The notes below the pieces were generated by a model that did no database searches, was not told the origin of the DNA, and saw only the letters and a program-made list of their open reading frames with translations. The position numbers were made by a program, and so were the translations under genes. Shown here one piece after another: positions 11,901-20,544 of a stretch of 64,000 bases of DNA. Positions within the stretch are counted from its first letter, which is position 1; every line of letters begins with the position of its first letter. The stretch is from the IMG/VR virus record IMGVR_UViG_3300011217_000001, positions 32,001 to 96,000 of that record; one strand, written 5' to 3'. Source of the DNA: a virus. Lineage: Duplodnaviria > Caudoviricetes.

Positions 11901-13175
11901 CAGACGGTAGATCATCCGGGTAACGGTACGGGCGGTAGTGTCAATGACCTCCCCATGCCGCCACCTGGTGCAGTGGGTGCGAAGGCTATCGGTCCGCTGA
12001 TCATCGCGGCCGCTAAGATGGCTGGTGTTGATCCGAAGTTGATGATGACCATGGCGTCGATTGAGTCGGGCTTCCGTCCGCAGGTCGGCGCAGGCACGTC
12101 CTCAGCCAAGGGTCTGTATCAGTTCATCAACAGCACCTGGCAGTCGATGCTGAAGAAGTATGGTGCGAAGTACGGCATCTCGCCGGATGCGCATCAGTTC
12201 GATGCTCGTGCCAACGCTCTGATGGGTGCCGAGTTCCTGAAGGAGAATGCTGCGATGTTGCGTAAGAGCATCGGGCGTGAACCGACGGATACCGATCTGT
12301 ACATGGCGCACTTCATGGGCGCTGGTGGTGCTGTCAGTGCACTGCGTTCGCCTTCCGAGGCGATTGGTGCACAGGCGATGCCGGCAGCGGCAAGTGCCAA
12401 CCGCAACATCTACTTCGAGCGTGACGGTCGTCCCAAGACGATGGGTGGCGTGATTGCCCATCTGGACAAGCTGGTACGGGGCCATCGCTACGGTTCGAGT
12501 GACATTGCGGCCATCGGTGCGGGTAGCTTCAACACCCGTTCTGGTGAAGGCGACACGGGGCAGGCGGCCAGCTACACGGCCAGTGCCATGCCTCCTTCGG
12601 CTACCGGAGCTCCCAACCCTGCGCTGGCTATGGCAGGAGCGCCTCCGGCTGGAGCCAACGCAACTCCGGCCCAGTACGTCGAAGCACCGCGTCCGGCAAA
12701 CCCGGCAGGCAATGATCAGGGTGCTGGTGGTACGGGATTGGTCAGTGCTGGTACGGCCAACTCCGATCCGCAGGCTCAGATGCAGCAAGCGGCTTATCGT
12801 CAGTCTTACGAGGCAGACGTGAACAGCCGTGCCGTTCAGAGTGCTCAGCAGGCTCAGACCGGTGGCGTGATGGAAATCATGAACAGGCAGCTGTTGGTGA
12901 TGCGTTCCATGGAAGGGCACCTGCGCGACATCAGCACGAAGATGGGTAACAATCCGGCAGCTCTCAAAATGCCAGCCCAATCTTCTGAAGAGCCCACTCC
13001 TGAGGCAGCACCCACCCCCGCTGCACCGCCCGCAAGGACGGTGGAAAAGGATGGCTTGATGGTACAGCAGAGCACTCGCTCCAAGCGGGAAGCGGCTCGC
13101 CGTGAAGCCAACCTGAATGCAGCCCAGAACTCGACCCCTGTGGTTGACTTTGGTCTGCGCAGCGACGTGGCATAA
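5910..13175 (+). CDS. Large tail-associated lytic transglycosylase (phiKZ gp181-like) with an additional DUF5675-like domain
   Basis: ~2420 aa from ATG 5910 (MASTND). C-terminal SLT motifs MASIESGF, SSAKGLYQF, ANALMGAEF, LYMAHFMGAGG. Position directly after the vRNAP genes as in phiKZ. Confidence 0.88.
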   Translation: MASTNDRKNKKGPPPNKNARNNKVDDSGLDLGDFDFGLDEFDFKPEKDNRRPTTKLAAGMYEGAKSTVSDKHFIEDFIKRALPDGYGQAFNVADSTWSSTKDLYNNAATEMRAPLKEIQRTSKKLLASVENVIPEKLYSRIDKLLTEKESYFDNARSEQDRRKEQDDNEINTTIGEIFKENMRASEAVYAHQKVDRTIREKVEDDQHNNSLLQLETTRAGIDRMVSFQDNFTARYQRKSLELQFKQLFMMRDLTDVTIKSSELSNKFLESITKNTALPDAVKIKTAEVNRQMLKQRLIGGVQNKASEYVRGFGKQLKSNIQNVMTTYTRQMMEGFNMGRQLAESMESAKEFGDGGGPHEMIGGMVGGELAEQAGYRFAQFVSQITDQMPELKRGGSALKYFTTGIPEMFNELAQRGTTQTGWKGTLARMAQQLIPTHMLNSSLGDSPILDSDTHSGFTNGANRALIEVIPGYLSRILHAQRVMMSKNPNIKRIVYNADRGSFTTKDEAVKDAAWRMFGEANTTGARNSLGEFVNSVAGNNKISPAAEGALKDQLMRDSLSANPWSVSNYANKDYYDEKLAPQIRQEIADLFAQAMGMGQGEKFDVRIHDVNRASKLREKYTAMRNNLDDPRDKTKGYIEAGQRELMEALGLIEKGGLTGRMNYNEAFRRIRDANATTEYPDEVWELAEQSGVPAALVAKVIAPATPAPIGAATPPSRATINSGRRAKGISKRRQKIMDQRAVEAAEPPVGAGHGKVNARDIITSINESVTGEGELISAIRANNITAQATTTVELLGDIREMLASGQFGGGGGSGGPPPLPGAYTRRKGFWGGTEHAFRWIGGKLAAGGRAAGTGAGMAWRGGRTAGSFLGRMLGSLGSAAWTGVKGAAGIGWAAGANSAEAALNYISDVRDKQGRVLLEARLMRLGEYFDATTGKVITKLSDIRGPVKDKSGNIVLTAYDFDQQLYNSNGQRVLAGLTAGGRGFLKALGWTSTAPFRAGNFVRTTINGALARMDAEKDIYVRGEPQAPRLLAIKIKSGNYFVQDGDAGTKIVMSWRDCTNTVMDSDGNIVLTTDDIKRGLVDVNGLPFGLTLGGRIGHAAVNVALNIAARLSKFTKWAVAAPKKLMDFLSGVRLDSITNVFVGVGSYIGDQLQNQLDVQNKQLNVLQNIYELLDARLPKPVFGDTDGDGLRDGSWQEKEKNGGGDGEDARDRPGHTGKASSKDNIVANMFGIGGKVKGLWNKLFGKKGGGGGDGDGDCGCGCCGCDGEGGGSDFYVDADGRKRRRSRAPRKDTKGRKRGGWRRNRAARAARFRRRRGLPARPRTGATPRVVRPPPLPGVRRAPRFGRLGRGLARFRPRGASLGGIATGVAMGLGGSYLVDKLGGDDSTGGKIVNGVADTAGMVSTGMMAASAASTLTGGAAAGTAAAGTAAAAGGAGTAATVAGGGVMATIGLPVLAVAAVAAAVGYVGYKAWKKYKYGTYVPVRAFRMAQYGVGYKDASGVEKIVDFEQMVAPHTKMVNGVLDISAEKLSMKEIYEHFGLDDGWFTNNQEERNLFDVWLTRRFKPVYLAWFQAMKTIAPNVALNDADDSLDKDKKLELVKAGSKVGPDPLQVTAGPFGEPLEMKAADVDRALNLAIARIEQDGKGILSGMKRISDASMALTPGMSTLMSPLTDWADKRQEDADMEMAARAREQAKNKPNVTAPGANGASVSAGNAAITWNNGVPTATAGGVSATPPGFMNMQYKPGQGLAAAPPMAPIMLNGTMQLVLDREASDLEGTYGTLKLPDGTVFQTLELPWKNNAARVSCIPTGVYKCARRQTTSFGYAYEVYGVPGRSAILIHAGNSAGSAEHGKKADSQGCILLGMGRGRSGTQKTITNSQAAMKLFYEKMAGRPFQMAIIGGMACIDPNAVREANQNKQANSAYNTTPAQASADAAAAAARTAAGSAGTSGAPTSASTPYSFMNTAYAPGSGMGSGGPAMMNTGYQAGNYSNPGPMGQTVDHPGNGTGGSVNDLPMPPPGAVGAKAIGPLIIAAAKMAGVDPKLMMTMASIESGFRPQVGAGTSSAKGLYQFINSTWQSMLKKYGAKYGISPDAHQFDARANALMGAEFLKENAAMLRKSIGREPTDTDLYMAHFMGAGGAVSALRSPSEAIGAQAMPAAASANRNIYFERDGRPKTMGGVIAHLDKLVRGHRYGSSDIAAIGAGSFNTRSGEGDTGQAASYTASAMPPSATGAPNPALAMAGAPPAGANATPAQYVEAPRPANPAGNDQGAGGTGLVSAGTANSDPQAQMQQAAYRQSYEADVNSRAVQSAQQAQTGGVMEIMNRQLLVMRSMEGHLRDISTKMGNNPAALKMPAQSSEEPTPEAAPTPAAPPARTVEKDGLMVQQSTRSKREAARREANLNAAQNSTPVVDFGLRSDVA

Positions 13176-13182
13176 AGTGGAA

Positions 13183-13220
13183 AGGGGCGGGGGGAAACCT
13201 CCGCCCCTACTTTTTTTTTC
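13183..13220 (+). terminator. Intrinsic terminator
   Basis: AGGGGCGGGGG-GAAA-CCTCCGCCCCT hairpin followed by a T9 tract, right after the lysin stop codon. Confidence 0.9.
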
Positions 13221-13240
13221 TTTTGACATGAGAACCCAAG

Positions 13241-15391
13241 ATGGCAACCCTTAACCGTCACGATCGCGACTGGATGCGTCAGACTTTTCTCGTCTCCGCT
13301 GAAAAGATGGACGACATTGAGTTTGAACGCCGCACGTTGCGCGAGGTGGACTTCGGGTTCACCGATACCACATTGGGCGGCAACTTTGTCATCAACCCTC
13401 CACCGCAGCTTACCCGTACTGCGGACGTCAAGGCCTACGGTATCACCGCATTCGGTGCCAAGGGTTTTGAAAACAAGGGTATGGGTCGGTGGTACGAAGA
13501 AGCCATCGATAGTCGCTCGCAGCGTTTGTATATTCGCTTCGGCGTACCTCAGTTCAACTCGCTGTTGAACTTCTTCGCGAACATGTACAGTCCCGGCATG
13601 GCAATCATGGCACGCACTGGTCGTGTGCCTGGCGTCATGTACGAGGCTGGCAAGATGGTGGGTACAGTGGCCACGCTACCTGCCCAGCCGATGATCATGG
13701 TCAACCGCGCACTCAACTACATGCTCGGCAAGCCATCCAGCCGGTTCTACTCGCTGAATCAGGCAATGCCGCTGTACTGGGATGCAGTCAACACGATCGT
13801 CAATGGACTGGCAACCAACATGGGGATCATTCCCCGCGCCATGACGGTAGAGGAGCAGACGCGCTGGGCAGATGACCGCTCGACCTTCACCTCCGACGAC
13901 ATGAAGGCGTACTACGAAGTCCAGCCGGATATCTTCCATCGCTGGGGTGGTATCGACGTCTACTGGATCGCGGGCAAGGCGCAGCGCAAGGCCAACCTGT
14001 TCAACGAGCAGCTTGACCGTGTGATGGACAGTAACTACCGGGGCAAGGGTTTCAAGGACGACCTGCCTGGTAAGGACACTCCGTTCATGGCACGCTTCGG
14101 CGCGGCCATGAAGAATATCTACGGCGCCTACGCTTCCCCGACCAATCCGAAGAGCTACTTCTTGCAGGATCCAAAGGACGGTGGTGCTGGCGTTGATGCG
14201 AAGTGGACGGCAGCCAATGCGTACCTGAAAGCATACGCAGATCGAGCCGATCGCGCGTTCGCCATCAAGAACGCTGACGCAGTCGAGCAGGGCTCGGACA
14301 AGGTCGGTATGGAGAACGGTCAGAAGGCGAAGTGGTGGGATGCCATGACCTCCTTCTTCCACGGCGAGAATCAGGACGGTTCGCAGTTCCTGGGCTTGCG
14401 TGTGGACTACACCGGTCCGACTCAGCTGAGCATCTCCAACGAGGCAGGTGAGTCGGAGATCTCCCAGAAGATCAACTCGATCGCTTCGGCCAACCGAGCC
14501 GCACGTACCAACCTCGCCGATGGTAAGTTGTTCGGCGGTGTTGCAGGTGAGGCCGTAGGTGCTGTTACGCAGGGCGCGTCTGACTTCATTGCAGGCGCTG
14601 CTGACAAGTTCGGCATGGCTGGCGCCGCTGCACTGGCAGGTAATGCCCAGATCGAAATCCCCAAGGTCTGGATGTCCTCCCGCGCCTCGCTGCCCCGCAT
14701 GGACTTCTCCTTGACCCTGCGTTCGGCATATGGCAACAAGATGGCGCGCCTGCTCCATCTGTACGTCCCCCTGGCCTGCATCCTCGCCGGCGGTTCTCCG
14801 CTGGCTACGGGTAAGCAGTCCTACACCTCGCCGTTCCTGTGTGAGGCGTACTGCCGTGGCATGATGCAGTCGCGTCTGGCGATGATGGACAACATCAACG
14901 TCACGCACGGCGCCGGCAACATCGGCTTCACCGAAGACTTCGAGCCGCTGCAGTTGGACGTGTCGTTCTCGATGGTCGATCTGTCCACCGTGTTCTTCAT
15001 GCCCATCGCTCCTCAGGGTTCGTGGGAAGCTACCGCTGCAGTTGCTGCGGGCCAGATGGCAGCCACCACCCCGGTTGGTAACACGATCGGTAATGCTGTG
15101 GGTGGCTTGACTGGCACCGACAATGCGGGTGAGGCCCTGGGTCAGTTGGCCGTTCTTGGCCTGGGCTCTACCTGGGACGATGAGAACATGCTCACTGACT
15201 ACTTGGCACTGCTGGGTGGTCTGTCGCTACAGGATCAGACCTCTGCGGGTCGCCGTCTGAAGCTGGCCATTACCCGTCAGATGGTGGCAGGTAAGAACTG
15301 GATCGCTCCGTCGCGTATTGGTGTCCACGCTATGGGCTCCAAGCCGGGTCGACTGATCTCCATTCTGTACCGTGGTTCGGATCGTCCGTAA
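13241..15391 (+). CDS. Virion structural protein (phiKZ gp182-like, tail/baseplate)
   Basis: 716 aa; FTDTTLGGNFVINPPPQ, GMGRWYEEAID, FGVPQFNSL and YTSPFLCEAY motifs; follows the gp181-like gene. Confidence 0.72.
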   Translation: MATLNRHDRDWMRQTFLVSAEKMDDIEFERRTLREVDFGFTDTTLGGNFVINPPPQLTRTADVKAYGITAFGAKGFENKGMGRWYEEAIDSRSQRLYIRFGVPQFNSLLNFFANMYSPGMAIMARTGRVPGVMYEAGKMVGTVATLPAQPMIMVNRALNYMLGKPSSRFYSLNQAMPLYWDAVNTIVNGLATNMGIIPRAMTVEEQTRWADDRSTFTSDDMKAYYEVQPDIFHRWGGIDVYWIAGKAQRKANLFNEQLDRVMDSNYRGKGFKDDLPGKDTPFMARFGAAMKNIYGAYASPTNPKSYFLQDPKDGGAGVDAKWTAANAYLKAYADRADRAFAIKNADAVEQGSDKVGMENGQKAKWWDAMTSFFHGENQDGSQFLGLRVDYTGPTQLSISNEAGESEISQKINSIASANRAARTNLADGKLFGGVAGEAVGAVTQGASDFIAGAADKFGMAGAAALAGNAQIEIPKVWMSSRASLPRMDFSLTLRSAYGNKMARLLHLYVPLACILAGGSPLATGKQSYTSPFLCEAYCRGMMQSRLAMMDNINVTHGAGNIGFTEDFEPLQLDVSFSMVDLSTVFFMPIAPQGSWEATAAVAAGQMAATTPVGNTIGNAVGGLTGTDNAGEALGQLAVLGLGSTWDDENMLTDYLALLGGLSLQDQTSAGRRLKLAITRQMVAGKNWIAPSRIGVHAMGSKPGRLISILYRGSDRP

Positions 15392-15393
15392 AG

Positions 15394-15431
15394 GGCATAC
15401 GAGGAGGGGCTTTCGCCCCTCCTCTATGTCG
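15394..15431. terminator. Bidirectional hairpin of the GGCATA...TATG family
   Basis: GGCATAC-GAGGAGGGGC-TTTC-GCCCCTCCTC-TATGTCG between convergent genes. Confidence 0.8.
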
Positions 15432-16661
15432 TCAACCAAATTCGGGAGCGAACGGGAAATAGTCCAGCACCTGATCCTTGACCGCCACGTTGGGGAACAA
15501 GGGAGCCAGCAGGATGGCCGTCTCGAAGCGTTCGTCCCAACGGAATACCGTCAGGGCATCACCACTGGCTTCAGAGAAAGCAGTGATGTCAATCACAGCC
15601 GAACCATTGCGATCGGTGTACCACCAGTTCTCCTGCATCAGACCCAGCACGTCCCGCAGCGTGGCGCACTCAGCCTGTTCCTGTTCCTGTGTGCAGGGGA
15701 TCGGCTTGCGGTAGTTACGCATGATCATCTCGCAAGCGTCCGGATAACGCGCACAGATGACCTTGCCGGGAACTACCGAGAGCATGTACCAGATCGCCGT
15801 CAAATCAGCAACAGCAGCCGCCTGAGGGAAAATCCCCAGTACCACTTCCTTACGACTCTCCGGCTCGATGTTGGCCAACATGTCCTTGAGCTGGTTGGAC
15901 ATGCCAGTGGCAACCATGTCCTTACCGGTAGCCGTGGCCACGGCCTGCTCAGCTTCAAGATCGACGACCTTGATCGAATCATCACTGCCACCAGTGAGCG
16001 CCTTGATGCCCTTGGCAGAGTCAACGAACTCACGTCCGTCCTTGTCCTTGAAACGAGCGATACTGATGTTGCCGAAGGAGTCCTTGGAGATGACCTTCAG
16101 GTTGTTCTTCAGCAGGTTGGTGTTACCCAGTGCATCCTGCTTGACACTGTCCTTCAGGTTGGAGAAGTTGAAGCCTTTCTCCGAAACCGAGCTAGCCAGA
16201 CGATCGCCGAGGAACCCAGCGTTTTCGCGCAGGTAGCTCTTGGTCGCATTGGCAAACCCAGACTTGACGTCACCAGCAAGATTCTTCTTGATGTCCGTCA
16301 GGTTGTTCTTGAGCTTCTTGGCCTCGTTGACCATGCCCTTGGCGATACCCACCGCCTTACGGGCTGTCTCCACGCCCTTCTTGACAGTGGCGATACCGTT
16401 CTTGACGGCCTTCAGTGCCGCCGAGTTCTTGACGGCATCGATCTTACTTTTAACCGCAGAGATCTTGCCCTTGACGTCAGCCAGCTTACCCAGTTTGGAA
16501 CCAAAGGCGCCCAGCTTACCAGTCAGGCCACCTGCCATGCCTGCCAGCTTGGAGGTGATGTTGTTGCGAGATACGGTATCGGCAATCTTGTACGGGTCAA
16601 CCGTCAAGATCTTATCTTTGGCACCCTTGGAGAAAATGGTGCTAGCAAGGCGCTTGGCCAT
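15432..16661 (-). CDS. Hypothetical, probably virion protein with Lys/Ala-rich helical N-terminal half
   Basis: 409-aa ORF with phage-like codon usage, bounded by hairpins on both sides. Confidence 0.75.
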   Translation of the reverse strand: MAKRLASTIFSKGAKDKILTVDPYKIADTVSRNNITSKLAGMAGGLTGKLGAFGSKLGKLADVKGKISAVKSKIDAVKNSAALKAVKNGIATVKKGVETARKAVGIAKGMVNEAKKLKNNLTDIKKNLAGDVKSGFANATKSYLRENAGFLGDRLASSVSEKGFNFSNLKDSVKQDALGNTNLLKNNLKVISKDSFGNISIARFKDKDGREFVDSAKGIKALTGGSDDSIKVVDLEAEQAVATATGKDMVATGMSNQLKDMLANIEPESRKEVVLGIFPQAAAVADLTAIWYMLSVVPGKVICARYPDACEMIMRNYRKPIPCTQEQEQAECATLRDVLGLMQENWWYTDRNGSAVIDITAFSEASGDALTVFRWDERFETAILLAPLFPNVAVKDQVLDYFPFAPEFG

Positions 16662-16695
16662 AGTCGTGATTCCCTGGAACTGTCATAAGCTAGGC

Positions 16696-16745
16696 AAAAA
16701 AAAAGAGTAAGGGCATAACAGCCCTCCCCCTTACGGGAGAGGGCC
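16696..16745 (-). terminator. Terminator (hairpin + TATGCC + T-tract on the minus strand)
   Basis: Minus strand reads GCCCTCTCCC-GTAA-GGGGGAGGGC-TGTTATGCCC...T9. Confidence 0.8.
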
Positions 16746-16753
16746 ATCATTAC

Positions 16754-17215
16754 TTAGCAGCAGTGGCGATGCAGTGCCAGATGCTGCAGCATCCAGTCCA
16801 GCGGCTGGGAGTAGTTGCTCACCACCAGATTGTTGTCGCCGTCACGATGGACGTGATAGGCGGCGATCGGCAGCTTGCACTCGCGCAGCATTTTGGCCAG
16901 GTCTTCATTCTGCTCGATCTTGAAGCCCAGGCCTTCGCACAGCAGGTCTTCCATCGCATCAGCAGTGACGTTCCCACGCGGGAGGGTCTGAGCGATTTCG
17001 ATGGCCCGGTTCACCGGTACGTGGCGCAGGCGCATCACCGACATCCCCGTCTTGATCCACATCCGGAAGTTTTCCAGAGAGGCGAACTTCCCGTGTTCGG
17101 GATGGTCCAGAGGCAGGGTGGTAGCGGGATGCAACAGGCGACCCAACGCCGACCGCGCATTGCGGTTGATGTTGATGTGGTCGATGCCTTCGCGGTTCGG
17201 GTTGAACTCAGTCAT
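16754..17215 (-). CDS. NADAR-like protein, divergent paralogue
   Basis: GIDHININ...LGRLLH...HPEHGKFASLENF...KIEQNEDLAKML aligns by eye with the neighbouring paralogue. Confidence 0.6.
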   Translation of the reverse strand: MTEFNPNREGIDHININRNARSALGRLLHPATTLPLDHPEHGKFASLENFRMWIKTGMSVMRLRHVPVNRAIEIAQTLPRGNVTADAMEDLLCEGLGFKIEQNEDLAKMLRECKLPIAAYHVHRDGDNNLVVSNYSQPLDWMLQHLALHRHCC

Positions 17216-17705
17216 TTCGTGTATTTCCCTTCAGTACATTTCGGATGGAGTTGATGTGCTCGATCTGCCACGAGTATTTCTCACTCATGTCAATCACCTT
17301 CACTTTGTCGCCACTGCCGTAGCAGTAGTAATGACACAGCGGAAGGGTCGACTCGCGCAGCAGTTCGCGCAGCTCTTGATTCTGCCGGATCTTGAGCTCG
17401 ATGACGTTCTTGATCTGCTCATGGAAATCTGCCGCCTCAACGCGAGGCAGCGTCTTACCCAACCGCTTGGCATCAAAGCCGCTTGCGGTGGAGAAGTCTT
17501 CCCAGTGCTTTTCAATGTAACCGCATCGCGCCCAATACCAGAACCCCTCCACGGTGTTGAACTTGCCGTGTTGAGGGTGGATGAAACCGATTGGTGCCAA
17601 GTTGCTCAGCAAACGGCCTAGCTTGGTCTTACCCCCGGTGTAGATGTTGATGTGGTCATCTCCATCGCTACCCGGTCCGACCTGTTCGTTTTCCGAGGTT
17701 GACAT
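17208..17705 (-). CDS. NADAR-like (YbiA / T4 gp30.3-type) protein
   Basis: DHINIY...LGRLLSNLA...GKFNTVEGFWYW...AKRLGK...KIRQNQELRELL resembles NADAR motifs (LSNF, F-x-(S/T)VE, K-x-x-QN-x-x-L). Start placed at ATG 17705, which has a GGAG upstream. Confidence 0.65.
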   Translation of the reverse strand: MSTSENEQVGPGSDGDDHINIYTGGKTKLGRLLSNLAPIGFIHPQHGKFNTVEGFWYWARCGYIEKHWEDFSTASGFDAKRLGKTLPRVEAADFHEQIKNVIELKIRQNQELRELLRESTLPLCHYYCYGSGDKVKVIDMSEKYSWQIEHINSIRNVLKGNTRND

Positions 17706-18129
17706 CTTGCGGTTCTTCTCCGAAATCAAACTTTTCTCCAGAGGGCTTTACCGGAGTAAAGGTCTCACCAGGACGTCTGTGGATGTCCAGTGAGATCACC
17801 GTGTTCGGTCCCTCATCCCATTCCGTGTGAAACTCAATCCACGATCTGCGCGGGTTCAGGAAACGGATCGCGCGGCGGAACATCTTCCAGGACATGTTGT
17901 TTTGAGCCAACTGCCTGTTGAGGTTGCCACGGTCCGTAGACCTTTTCTTGGAATGCGTTTTCGAACGACCATGAGACTTGTTGATGTGATCCACCATCAA
18001 CTTGCCCCAATGCAACGGACCGACCTGACGCTCCGCGAGTATATCTCGCCATAGACGGGTCAGTTCACCGATAGCCTTCATTCTACCCTTGTCGGGCAGT
18101 GATAGCAGCCGGGTGATTTTCTCGGTCAT
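17668..18129 (-). CDS. Hypothetical protein (basic)
   Basis: 153-aa ORF in a tightly packed minus-strand operon. Confidence 0.7.
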   Translation of the reverse strand: MTEKITRLLSLPDKGRMKAIGELTRLWRDILAERQVGPLHWGKLMVDHINKSHGRSKTHSKKRSTDRGNLNRQLAQNNMSWKMFRRAIRFLNPRRSWIEFHTEWDEGPNTVISLDIHRRPGETFTPVKPSGEKFDFGEEPQDVNLGKRTGRTG

Positions 18130-18180
18130 GACTTCTGAGCTTTCTCAGGAGCCGTGGTAATGATGTCGATCACTTCGACA

Positions 18181-18699
18181 TTATCTCCATTTTCTGGCTA
18201 TCAAGCTAAACGCGGCCACAACCTCGGCCACATCCTCCAACAACTTCTCGTTGACGCGCTGAAAGTACCCCTCGTTTTCTTTCTTACTTTCGATTGCATT
18301 GCACAGCCTGCCGTAGAACTCTTGAAGCTTTGGCAGGGTCTCGTTGGCACTAAGGACATGTCCGTCCATCGTAACCAGGAACTCTTCCATCGTACGCAAC
18401 TCGGGATCGCGCTGGATGGAAGTGACGGCGGAGGGCGGGAACCCGTCGCCAGTCTTAATGCCGTTGGCAGTGAGGAGCAAGGAGGAAATCAAAGCTTCGG
18501 CCCCATCGATGTGGGTCTTCAGCGTGACTTGACGGAGCATGGACCGAGGGATTTCTTTCCCGGAGGGTTCCAGAAGGTCAAGTAGTTCCTTGTTCCGATA
18601 CAGCAACGGCGTGGCTTCTTTTTGAAGGCGATCCTTCACTACTTCTTCCCGCAGCCTGCCAAATCCGAGCAATCGGATCAGACGTTTGAAGATGTTCAT
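18181..18699 (-). CDS. Hypothetical protein
   Basis: 172-aa ORF with GAGG SD upstream. Confidence 0.7.
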   Translation of the reverse strand: MNIFKRLIRLLGFGRLREEVVKDRLQKEATPLLYRNKELLDLLEPSGKEIPRSMLRQVTLKTHIDGAEALISSLLLTANGIKTGDGFPPSAVTSIQRDPELRTMEEFLVTMDGHVLSANETLPKLQEFYGRLCNAIESKKENEGYFQRVNEKLLEDVAEVVAAFSLIARKWR

Positions 18700-18766
18700 G
18701 TAACCTCTTGAATGCAGCTTCCCATGAATGATATAGGCTTGTGATTTTTTTCAATGGAGAACGGCT

Positions 18767-19246
18767 ATGCAGAAAGAGTGCGTAAAACTGGCCGATCGAT
18801 ACATGCCGAGTGATCCGGCAGATGACGATGCGGTCCTGAAGTACACCCAGGCACGCCGCCTCCAGTTGGTCAAGGACGCAGACGTTGATCTGGTCGCTGA
18901 CCCCAAGGGCGGTACTGTTGTGCTCAAAGCACTGTCCGATTTGGACAAGACTGCTCTGGGCAAGAAGAAGCTCGGCATTGCCGAGAAGGGTGCGGAGAAC
19001 GATCGCCTGGTGGCAAGCGCTGTGGTGCGCATGTTCAAGGACGACGGCTCGACCGACCCGTTCCTGAAGGAGAACGCAGCCAAGGGTCGTAAGGCCTACG
19101 AGGCCGACGACGCAGCGCGTCTGCCCGAACCGGTGTTCGTCGAAGGCGAAACCGAGGTGGGCGTGTCTTCGGAGAACTACGCCGAGTTCACCTCGCGCAT
19201 GCAGCGTCAAGGTGTGAGCGACGGTCAGGACAAGGAAAAGAAATAG
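18767..19246 (+). CDS. Hypothetical protein
   Basis: 159 aa; GGAG SD, phage codon bias, ends at a hairpin. Confidence 0.75.
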   Translation: MQKECVKLADRYMPSDPADDDAVLKYTQARRLQLVKDADVDLVADPKGGTVVLKALSDLDKTALGKKKLGIAEKGAENDRLVASAVVRMFKDDGSTDPFLKENAAKGRKAYEADDAARLPEPVFVEGETEVGVSSENYAEFTSRMQRQGVSDGQDKEKK

Positions 19247-19287
19247 GGTATAGCAGCAGGCAGGGCTCGCGCCCTGCCTGTATGCCG
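19247..19287. terminator. Bidirectional hairpin of the TATGCCG family
   Basis: GGTATAG...CAGGCAGGGC-TCGC-GCCCTGCCTG-TATGCCG between convergent genes. Confidence 0.75.
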
Positions 19288-20019
19288 TTAGGACATGATT
19301 GAGTAGACAGCCGCCGGGAAGAAGACGATGCCCACAAAGTCACGCCACATGTTCACGGTCTCGGCAAAGGGATCCAACGCCGCACTGTCTGGAGCGATGA
19401 TACATTCCTTCTCGGTCAGCGCCCTGTCCTTGTAAAGCCTCGGACAGAACAACGACACGGTACGGATCGGCATGTTCATCACATCCTTACCGTGCAGCTT
19501 TGCCCACTCGTCAAGCGAGTAGAGGAACACTGCACTGTAACCGTTGGACAGCCGGTACGGATGGAGATCTCGCAGCGGCATGTTGACCACCTTGATGCTG
19601 GTGCGCGTCCCCAACCAGAACGCCACAGCCGACTCGATGGCTACCATGTCCTCGGCATCCATCTGGTAGGGCCAGACGTTGATCTCAAACGAGAAGCCAT
19701 CAGCGAACGGCGTGTTGGGAATGTTGGCAGCCAGTGATCGCTTCAGGTCATCCAGCGCCTTGAACGCGCCCGTTGGACGAGCCAGTGCGAGAATGCTCAC
19801 GTCACGCTCTGCGTATGCCTTGCGATAAGCAGCGTTGGAGACACGCCCTTCGGTGATCTCCTCCATGTCATCGTGGAGGCGTTCCAGATAGGCGGGGTTG
19901 CCAAGCATCTTCGCCGCAGCTTCCCCGTCGATACTGGCTACCGTTGCGATGCGAGTATCCAGCAACACATCCAACATGACGTGGATGCGGTGGTGGTAGT
20001 CGTCACTTCTGCTCGCCAT
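19288..20019 (-). CDS. Hypothetical protein (LDVLLDTRIAT motif, HAD-like start)
   Basis: ORF from ATG 20019 (MASRSDDY) with GGAGG SD, overlapping the end of the upstream gene. Confidence 0.72.
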   Translation of the reverse strand: MASRSDDYHHRIHVMLDVLLDTRIATVASIDGEAAAKMLGNPAYLERLHDDMEEITEGRVSNAAYRKAYAERDVSILALARPTGAFKALDDLKRSLAANIPNTPFADGFSFEINVWPYQMDAEDMVAIESAVAFWLGTRTSIKVVNMPLRDLHPYRLSNGYSAVFLYSLDEWAKLHGKDVMNMPIRTVSLFCPRLYKDRALTEKECIIAPDSAALDPFAETVNMWRDFVGIVFFPAAVYSIMS

Positions 20020-20533
20020 CGGTTTCCTCCATGAAGGAGATACGCAGCTTGCGCTGATCACCCATGACGCGCTGCAGAGCCCAGTACAGAAGCTGGACAG
20101 TGACGAGCCAGGGGTTCTCGTTCATCAGCTTGATCAGCTCTTCCTCATCGCGCGAGTTCTTCTGGTAGTCAGGATCTTCCTGTTCCAGCCAGTCTGCGCT
20201 GGTGAGACGACAGGCCGAACGACCAATGGCCTTGACCGTATCGTCCCAGTTGTCCTCGCCGCTGAGGTGGAAGCGCAATTCCATGGTGATGTTCATGATC
20301 AGCTTGAACATGTCCACGTTGGCACGCAGTTCCACCCACTGTTCGATCACGGCTCCGTCGGTATTGGGTAACAGAGCCACGTTCGTGTTGTGGGCGAATT
20401 CCTCCAGCTGTTCCATCAGGTGGCCGAAGTATTTCTCGGTCATGCGCCCCTGTCCAGCCAGACGCAGTTGGTTGACGAACACAGCGTCGAAGATTGCATT
20501 GACGCTACCGCCGAAGGACTGCACGTGTTCCAT
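20003..20533 (-). CDS. Hypothetical protein
   Basis: 176 aa, GAGG SD, operonic. Confidence 0.72.
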   Translation of the reverse strand: MEHVQSFGGSVNAIFDAVFVNQLRLAGQGRMTEKYFGHLMEQLEEFAHNTNVALLPNTDGAVIEQWVELRANVDMFKLIMNITMELRFHLSGEDNWDDTVKAIGRSACRLTSADWLEQEDPDYQKNSRDEEELIKLMNENPWLVTVQLLYWALQRVMGDQRKLRISFMEETDGEQK

Positions 20534-20544
20534 GGAAAGCTACC

